Part shown: piece after piece, positions 1-6,312 of the stretch
How positions within the stretch are numbered: position 1 is the first letter of the stretch
Layout: every line of letters begins with the position of its first letter
Source of the DNA: Octopus sinensis
Taxonomy: Eukaryota
Direction: 5' to 3'
Assembly: GCF_006345805.1 (NCBI RefSeq)
Contig: NW_021829382.1
Span: forward strand, 1-6,312
Length of the DNA: 6,312 nt
Made by a program: the position numbers and the translations under genes
The notes under the pieces: generated by a model
Databases searched by the model: none
Told to the model about the DNA's origin: nothing
What the model saw: the letters and a program-made list of their open reading frames with translations, nothing else

Positions 1-59
1 GAAGGAAGACTTCAAATAATTAAAGTCATACCTGCATATAAGAAGCATAGACATACATA

Positions 60-226
60 ATAATATATAAACATATACATATGTTTATATATATATCTAT
101 ATATATATATATATATATATATAAATATGTATATATAAATATATATATATATATATGTGTATTTACTTAAATGGGTACATACATGAAACACGTACATGCA
201 CACATATATACACATAAATATATACA
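60..226. repeat. Imperfect (TA)n microsatellite / low-complexity tract
   Basis: Interrupted TA dinucleotide runs read directly. Confidence 0.9.
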
Positions 227-321
227 TCCAGAGATTTCAAACCGTTTGTAACCGAAAAAAAATAAATACTCTACTTAACTTGAAGGAGGTTTCTAAGACC
301 CAAGCAAGGCCGTAGGCCATT

Positions 322-329
322 ATGTATAT

Positions 330-395
<66 letters not shown>

Positions 396-427
396 GTATG
401 TATGTATATAGATGTATGTATAGTATA

Positions 428-491
<64 letters not shown>

Positions 492-579
492 CTATATATA
501 CTACATCTATAACATACTACTATATATATATATATAATATATTCATAAATGTACATATATATAATCATAAATTTATATG

Positions 580-613
<34 letters not shown>

Positions 614-778
614 ATAATATATTATGATATATATCTATATAAAGCGAGATATATGTCGATATGTACAAACACATATGAATATATTCATGTATGCATTTAT
701 ATATATGTATGAATGCAAGTATGTATTTATGTAAGTATGTATGTATGTATTTATATATGTGAGTGTGTATGTTTATAC
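322..778. repeat. (TA)n microsatellite cluster grading into (TATG)n
   Basis: Long perfect TA runs (~334-386, ~431-481, ~580-612) followed by TATG-type units. Confidence 0.9.
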
Positions 779-867
779 GTACGATTCTGGATCAAACAGC
801 GCATTCCCCAGGGGACATTATGTTTCTTCAAATTCTGTATTAATCTCACAAAATAAAATTACCCACC

Positions 868-890
868 CGCACACGCACGCACGCGCTCAC

Positions 891-928
<38 letters not shown>

Positions 929-958
929 CACCACACACACACAGAAAAAAACACACAA
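868..958. repeat. (CA)n/(CACG)n microsatellite
   Basis: Read directly. Confidence 0.9.
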
Positions 959-998
959 ATAGACATATATTTGGAGTAATGAGGTGACAACAGAACAC

Positions 999-1119
999 TA
1001 TGTATGTATGTATGTATGTATTATACATGCGCGCCTGTTTGGATATATATGTGTGTGTGCGTATGCGTGTGTGTGTGTGTGTGTGTGTCTCAGTATGTGT
1101 GTGTGTGTGTGTATGTGTG
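999..1119. repeat. (TATG)n plus (TG)n microsatellites
   Basis: Read directly. Confidence 0.9.
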
Positions 1120-1332
1120 CATAATTTATTAGCGTTTAGCTGAATAGAAGTTCTCTTTCTCGCCAAACATCAATGGTTTCACGTTACGAGTCCTCTGTGT
1201 GATCTAATTACTCCCACAAATTATCAGATCAAAAGATTTATGTTACGTAAGCAATACTCACTCCGTAGAATTTTTTATACCTCACTTCTGACAAATTTTT
1301 TTTTTAATTATTTTGTGCCACTTTGATAATAA

Positions 1333-1359
1333 TATATATCTGTGTGTATGAGTATATAC

Positions 1360-1445
<86 letters not shown>

Positions 1446-1457
1446 TCTATATATATA

Positions 1458-1503
<46 letters not shown>

Positions 1504-1537
1504 TATAAATATATATATATATTACACATATATACAT

Positions 1538-1575
<38 letters not shown>

Positions 1576-1654
1576 GTATAAGCGTATGTATGTATGTAAA
1601 TATTTAGAGAAATATAAACGCGTACATAAATATATTTATATGTAAGTATATAAG

Positions 1655-1730
<76 letters not shown>

Positions 1731-1756
1731 GTGTGTGTTTGCATGTGTGTGTGTGT
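1333..1756. repeat. Compound (TA)n then (TG)n microsatellite
   Basis: TA-dominated ~1333-1663; long TG run ~1664-1756. Confidence 0.9.
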
Positions 1757-2137
1757 GGTCTTCGCATCACTTTGTTTCCAAAACTGAAAAATTTTAGATA
1801 TGGCATAAAAAAAAATTTATGAAATCTATTTCTTTTATCTTTATTCGTGTATTTCATTTCATTATTTACTTATTCCTTCATCGATTTATTCGTTAGTTTC
1901 TTCATTTTATTTTCCTCCAGGAACTGAAAAAAAGGTTTCGGTCGATCTCTGTTGCGTATTTTTGGAAATTATATTTACCAATGTTTTTTGCGTTGTATTT
2001 TATGTTTTAATACTTTGTATATCAAAAACCGATTGAGTGGAGATACTAAATCATAACTCGAATTCTGAAATCGTGTGCATTCGACTACATATAGAGTTAT
2101 AATTGTTTTCTCTGTGTGTGTGGTGTGTATATATATA

Positions 2138-2152
2138 TATATATACACACAC

Positions 2153-2195
<43 letters not shown>

Positions 2196-2349
2196 ACACA
2201 CACAAATATATATATATATATATATCATACCTGCTCGCTTAGCCAGCGGGGTGGCGTCATTTGAAGGCTAAAACAATGCGAAGCGCATTGTGACCAGCGA
2301 TATGTAGCCACATCTGATAGCCTGGTCGGTCACGGTGATTACGGTGATA

Positions 2350-2381
<32 letters not shown>

Positions 2382-2408
2382 CTAATATTTTATATACTTA
2401 CATATATA
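2138..2408 (+). repeat. Left copy of ~270-bp direct repeat flanking the SINE: TA-CA microsatellite + 121-bp unit + TA tract
   Basis: Shares with the right copy the interruption ACCGCAC (2151-2157 vs 2825-2831), the 121-bp unit, and TATTTTATATACTTA (2386-2400 vs 3069-3083). Outer boundary is approximate because it lies in a microsatellite. Confidence 0.85.
2230..2350. repeat. 121-bp GC-richer structured repeat unit, copy 1 (probable fragment of an interspersed repeat)
   Basis: CCTGCTCGCTTAGCC...ACGGTGATAT; 5 substitutions and no indels versus 2908-3028; contains the perfect 8-bp hairpin ACAATGCG-aag-CGCATTGT. Confidence 0.9.
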
Positions 2409-2813
2409 GGCGCAGGAGTGGCTGTGTGGTAAGTAGCTTGCTCACCAACCACATGGTTCCGGGTTCAGTCCCACTGCGTGGCATCTTGGGCAAGTGTCTT
2501 CTGCTATAGCCCCGGGCCGACCAAAGCCTTGTGAGTGGATTTGGTAGACGGAAACTGAAAGACGCCTGTCGTATATATGTATATATATATATAAGTGTGT
2601 GTGTTTGTGTGTCTGTGTTTGTACCCCTAGCATTGCTTGACAACCGATGCTGGTGTGTTTACGTCCCCGTCACTTAGCGGTTCGGCAAAAGAGACCGATA
2701 GAATAAGTACTGGGCTTACAAAGAATAAGTCCCGGGGTCGATTTGCTCGACTAAAGGCGGTGCTCCAGCATGGCCGCAGTCAAATGACTGAAACACGTAA
2801 AAGAGTAAAAGAG
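2409..2813 (+). mobile_element. tRNA-derived SINE (octopus-type) with internal microsatellite
   Basis: tRNA-like head GGCGCAGGAG with A-box-like TGGCTGTGTGG (2419-2429) and B-box-like GGTTCAGTCCC (2462-2472); SINE-core-like CTTGGGCAAGT motif; internal TA/TG tract ~2572-2620; 3' stem-loop CAGTCA-aa-TGACTG (2777-2790); tandem tail (GTAAAAGA)2 at 2797-2812. Resemblance to abundant octopus SINEs is from recall, not a search. Confidence 0.88.
2419..2472 (+). promoter_or_regulatory. RNA polymerase III internal promoter (A box / B box) of the SINE
   Basis: TGGCTGTGTGG and GGTTCAGTCCC approximate the TGGCNNAGTGG and GGTTCGANNCC consensus with tRNA-like spacing (32 nt between boxes). Confidence 0.75.
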
Positions 2814-2828
2814 TATATATACACACCG

Positions 2829-2869
<41 letters not shown>

Positions 2870-3030
2870 ACACACACACACACACATATATATATCATAT
2901 ATATTGTCCTGCTCGCTTAGCCAGCGGGGTGGCATCATTTGAAGGCTAAAACAATGCGAAGCGCATTGTGACCAGCGATATCTAGCAACATCTGATAGCC
3001 TGGTCGGTCACAGTGAATACGGTGATATCA

Positions 3031-3071
<41 letters not shown>

Positions 3072-3089
3072 TTTATATACTTATATATA
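2814..3089 (+). repeat. Right copy of ~270-bp direct repeat flanking the SINE
   Basis: Starts immediately after the SINE tail with TATATATACACACCGCACACA and has the same module order as 2138-2408. Confidence 0.85.
2908..3028. repeat. 121-bp structured repeat unit, copy 2
   Basis: 116/121 identical to 2230-2350 by manual alignment. Confidence 0.9.
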
Positions 3090-3300
3090 AATATATATTT
3101 ACATATTGTCGTACCATTTTTCTATTTCTATATGTATAATTCTACCCTTATGGGGCTATCTTTTACTGGAAAGTAGTACATTTGTATTGCATTATTATTT
3201 TCGTTCAAAAATCCTTCACTGTTCTCGTACTATTAACGGCTAGGCGTTCAGACGAGTATACCGGCATTGATGTGGCAATATTTGAAATTTTGTCTAGGTA

Positions 3301-3373
3301 AATGCAGCTGATGAAGACTAATCAAATTTACGTTGTCAAATGTATTTGAAGACTTAGAAACCGGTCCTGCATT
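3301..3373 (+). ncRNA. Minimal type I hammerhead ribozyme motif (HH-A)
   Basis: Stem I AATGCAG (3301-3307)/CTGCATT (3367-3373), 7 perfect bp; core CTGATGA (3308-3314); imperfect stem II including TCAAAT (3322-3327)/ATTTGA (3344-3349); GAAA (3357-3360); palindromic stem III ACCGGT; GTC triplet with predicted cleavage after 3366. Confidence 0.8.
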
Positions 3374-3565
3374 ATTGGAATAAGGATAGAGCAAGTATGG
3401 ATAAATGTTGAAATGGGAACAAAAGTATACAAAATACGAGAGCCCGTATATTACTTCGTTCAACTAATTGTCCTCATATGATTAGAAATAAGAATAATAG
3501 AATAAAAAAACGAACCCCTTATATATTTAATGTTTCGAAAATTTGAAAATTATAATGCATCTCCT

Positions 3566-3780
3566 GGTAAGGACGACATTATTTCGTTTATAATTCCATT
3601 TTCTAAGTAAATTAAGAATAATTTGGTCGAGACCATATACAAACTTTTTCTAAACACTTTATAAAGGAACCTAGATGCTATGATATTATTAAGCCCAGGT
3701 TTCTTAAAGTTTCATTTTCTGTATCAAATAATTTGGCCCAGGTTATACCTTCAATTAACGAAAGAAAATTTCTAATTTTC
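3566..3780 (+). pseudogene. PLE ORF remnant: post-RT thumb/linker region
   Basis: Manual translation with one stop and one frameshift (~3649): GKDDIISFIIPFSK*IKNNLVETIYKLF / SKHFIKEPRCYDIIKPRFLKVSFSVSNNLAQVIPSINERKF. This fits the recalled PLE pattern IIWFNPPFS..V.TNIG..FL.LI.KHF.....KIFN....KVSYS...N...II..HN. Confidence 0.72.
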
Positions 3781-4095
3781 ATAACAATTATAACGGTATC
3801 GAATGCAACAATAGTAAAGCTCTTGGAATAAATGTTAATAAGTAGTGTATACTTGAGTCTCCTAGTATACAAGGGGAAACAACCCAAGTTAAATCCCATC
3901 TCAACCTTTTGAATATAGTTGACTTGGTAAAAAGCAATCATACTAAATGGAATGATGTAAAGTCGTGCAGTTACTGTTTATATCTCGTTCAGAGATTTAT
4001 TATTGCTTGCATACAGTTTTTCGAAATAGGTGACGAAAAGTTACTGGAAAAACGATATAAGAATTTGCATTGGGACCTCCCTTCATCGAAAACCG

Positions 4096-4154
4096 GTGAT
4101 TGTCGTACGCTGAGGACAGGTCAAAACCTAGAAACTGCAGTCCGTGCGTATCAC
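4096..4154 (+). ncRNA. Minimal type I hammerhead ribozyme motif (HH-B)
   Basis: Stem I CGTACG (4104-4109)/CGTGCG (4143-4148; one G-U), extended by GTGAT (4096-4100)/ATCAC (4150-4154); core CTGAGGA (4110-4116); stem II AGGT-caaa-ACCT; GAAA (4131-4134); palindromic stem III ACTGCAGT; GTC triplet with predicted cleavage after 4142. Confidence 0.82.
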
Positions 4155-4321
4155 TTAGGTTGACGAGGGAAGGGTGACCTCCCTTTGCAAATACCATAAG
4201 GGCACAGAAAGTGTGCCTAAAGCCAGCTGGAGATGATGTTCTCCTGGGGCAACATGCTACAGTAACACCCACTCTTAGTGGTTAGCCATATTGAGATGGC
4301 AAGTATACCCCACAGAATAAT

Positions 4322-4760
4322 ATGAATAGTAATGAAAATATATTTTGTGATTGCAAGATTATAAGTAAATGTTTATTCAAAAATTATTGTAAGCGAAAAA
4401 AAGTAGTTTACAGGCGTAAAGTGAAATTTGGAGGTAAGAATTTCTTTGACATAGGAGCAACGCAAAATTTTATCAAGAAACGCATCTCTAATCACATTTA
4501 TACATTTAATAATGGGAACAGGTTCTCTTGTACCAGCCCCAGAAAATTTATTTTGGACTTGAAAGACAAGAAAAAGGATTTTGTCAGCGGAGTGGGATAT
4601 TGTAACAAAGGCTGCCGCTTACGAGGCTTGGAAATTCTTTTTGCTTTCTCTGCATCAAAGAGTTATACTAATCCTAAATCTCAGGCGGTGCTTCTTCAAT
4701 ACGAGGATGGAGACTGGTTTTTCATGTGCTCACGAATGTAAACAGGCTTTCAAAGACTAA
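4322..4760 (+). pseudogene. Frameshifted GIY-YIG endonuclease domain of a Penelope-like element, preceded by a Cys-rich knuckle
   Basis: CDC-x5-C-x5-C knuckle; VVY (4403-4411)...DIG.T (GIY/YIG motifs, Y>D); KKRISNH (catalytic R plus H); TSPRKFILDLK. After frameshifts: EWDIVTKAAAY (from 4590), CFLCIKE (from 4642) and FNTRMETGFSCAHECKQAFKD* (ends 4760). These reproduce the PLE endonuclease motif order including the Cys/His zinc ligands. Confidence 0.9.
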
Positions 4761-5173
4761 CATTAGATATATTATTGTCTTGAATAAATTAATTATATCT
4801 TAAAGCTACTAGTACATTAAATAGGTCGGTATTTCATGTTTAATACACGGACATCTTTAACTGTAAGAATAAAGAATTCTTAGTAGACATCATATAAATA
4901 TTAAAAATTATATTAAAATATTAATATTTAAATATTAATAATGCATCTTAAATACCAGGAAGGAGACTGATAATCCATGTATTCGCGCTTGTTTATGAGT
5001 GTTCAAAAACTTTCATCGCTTATATTATTGTCACTTATATTATCATCATGAATAATTAATTTTATATGAAAGCTACAAGAACTTTGAATATTTTTACAAA
5101 CGCACGGACATTTACATGATGAATGTTAACGCTCTCTATCCCTCAATTTCCCTCTATATATATGTCTTTCAAT

Positions 5174-5232
5174 CTCTCTCTCTCTCCCTCCCTCTCTCTC
5201 CCCCTCTCTCTCCTCTCTCTCTCTCTCTCTCT
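5174..5232. repeat. (CT)n polypyrimidine microsatellite
   Basis: Read directly. Confidence 0.92.
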
Positions 5233-5381
5233 GACACCTAGTTCATTCTAACTGCAACATTATATATATATATGTAGGTGCATGTGTATATGCACTTATA
5301 TGTAAGTGTATATTATGTATATGTACTTATTCTTGTATATGTGTACCTTCTATAATATTCATATTTGAATTGTACTTTATA

Positions 5382-5497
5382 ATCTCTGGGATATATATGT
5401 AAGTATCTCATTTATAACCACATATTACCTTAACACACCTGGCTAATATGAGCATAATGAGATACTCCTATCTACGTGGCTGAAACAGCTGTAAGAT
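5382..5497 (+). ncRNA. Degenerate type I hammerhead motif with long stem II (HH-C)
   Basis: Stem I ATCT (5382-5385)/AGAT (5494-5497); damaged core CTGGGA (one base short of CTGAGGA); stem II has an 11-bp perfect inverted repeat AGTATCTCATT (5402-5412)/AATGAGATACT (5456-5466) enclosing CATATTA/TAATATG; GAAA (5482-5485); palindromic ACAGCTGT; GTA triplet. Confidence 0.6.
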
Positions 5498-5504
5498 CTA
5501 GTTA

Positions 5505-5539
5505 ATATTTATATTTATATTTATTTATATTTATTTATA
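5505..5539. repeat. (ATATTT)n-type short tandem repeat
   Basis: Read directly; immediately downstream of HH-C. Confidence 0.75.
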
Positions 5540-5881
5540 CGTATTGTACTTATGGTATCATATTACTCATTGATGTGTACTGTTTTTTTCTGTATTATTG
5601 TGTTTGATCTGGATGTTCCTATGTAGTTGGTTAATAAATTATGTGAATGGGTATTATCTGGTAGTTGATGATTGATTAAAGTATATTCCTACTTTTTCTT
5701 ATTTTGTATTATGAATTTGTGGTAAAGGATTTTACCTTCGCCCATATAATACAATAAATGAATTAATTGCTTTGTAATTCTTAGCATTTTTTCTAGTAGC
5801 ATTACTGGGTGCTTTACTGGCAGTATATTGGATATATGTTATCCCATAGAGAGTTACACTCACAACTCCTATCTCACTTTG

Positions 5882-5884
<3 letters not shown>

Positions 5885-5924
<40 letters not shown>
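5885..5924. repeat. (TA)n microsatellite
   Basis: Read directly. Confidence 0.95.
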
Positions 5925-5932
<8 letters not shown>

Positions 5933-6312
5933 AAACACAGATGCAGCACGAAGCTTTGTCAGTGAACAGGTCTCGGTGTCAAAGCGACGAAAATATTTTG
6001 ACTAATTAAATTTAAATGTTGAAGTGAATCTAACGGTTTTGTGTGTTTCTTAAATGGTTTAAAAACACCTTCCACGCTGCAATTGTTTTCGTTCCAGCAC
6101 ACGATCTCAGATCAAGTCACTCGTATTGCAAGTACATCTCCGTAATATATATATATATATATGGTTATGGTATATTTTGTGAAGAGCATAGTACATTACA
6201 GTATAAAACTCGTCCCCCTTCAGATTTTACCCTGTGCTACCCAGTATTCGTAGTATTATACAGCTCCTAGGTTTGCGTTTGGTCTTCTGTCGTGTGTAAA
6301 TAGACAATTAAA

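Larger units (their letters stand above)
3100..5130 (+). mobile_element. Decayed Penelope-like retroelement (probably Neptune-type), lacking a recognisable RT core; boundaries approximate
   Basis: Collinear + strand remnants of the PLE thumb/linker (3566-3780) and GIY-YIG endonuclease (4322-4760); same-strand hammerhead motifs; bounded by microsatellites on both sides. Confidence 0.8.

Noticed and set aside
1-35. GACTT/AAGTC hairpin resembling the start of HH-A stem II
   Set aside because: Truncated by the window edge, and no GAAA/NUH core follows.
868-2204. Facing (CA)n and (TG)n tracts able to form long fold-backs
   Set aside because: Expected by chance at this microsatellite density; no unique-sequence inverted repeats support a foldback element.
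12-2205. ORFs rich in YI/HT/CV repeats (12-227, 330-512, 386-568, 741-962, 846-1166, 1304-1573, 1636-1857, 1975-2205)
   Set aside because: They are translations of TA/CA/TG microsatellites, which lack stop codons.
2230-2350. HDV-like ribozyme on the minus strand of the 121-bp unit
   Set aside because: The helix order is reminiscent (7-bp P1, P4-like hairpin, P2), but there is no P1.1 GG/CC pairing and no catalytic C in the J4/2-equivalent (TTT).
2409-2485. Functional tRNA gene
   Set aside because: Acceptor and T stems do not pair properly, and the sequence continues into SINE body; it is a tRNA-derived head.
2398-2942. ORFs 2398-2643, 2442-2633, 2637-2942 and 2716-2898
   Set aside because: They overlap the SINE and microsatellites; incidental frames.
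2230-3028. LTR element or CRISPR-like array
   Set aside because: Only two copies, no TG...CA termini, PBS or PPT recognised, the interior is a SINE, and the context is eukaryotic.
3678-3941. Minus-strand 87-aa ORF with a superficial resemblance to a PLE RT segment (IIVMKIR...G.TWAK.LFD)
   Set aside because: No RT catalytic motifs. The + strand of the same DNA matches the PLE thumb/linker better and is collinear with the + strand GIY-YIG.
4322-4741. 139-aa ORF as an intact gene
   Set aside because: Homology leaves this frame at ~4590 and continues through further frameshifts, and YIG is mutated to DIG. Treated as a pseudogene.
5732-6270. ORFs 5732-5938, 5809-6009 and 6043-6270
   Set aside because: Short, cross TA microsatellites, and show no recognisable domain.

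Overview
AT-rich, microsatellite-dense eukaryotic non-coding DNA. It is most likely an octopus/cephalopod intron or intergenic region, judged from the SINE sequence and the repeat landscape as recalled, not from a search. No intact protein-coding gene is supported. Contents: (1) many (TA)n, (CA/TG)n and (CT)n microsatellites, which account for most of the listed ORFs; (2) a ~405-bp tRNA-derived SINE (2409-2813) sitting between two ~270-bp direct repeats, each carrying a structured 121-bp unit; (3) a decayed + strand Penelope-like retroelement (PLE, ~3100-4760+) with a post-RT thumb/linker remnant and a frameshifted GIY-YIG endonuclease but no visible RT core; (4) several + strand minimal type I hammerhead ribozyme motifs with palindromic stem III. 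Two have intact cores (3301-3373, 4096-4154) and three are degenerate. Three of these motifs cluster in a hairpin-rich block lying between the two PLE coding remnants.
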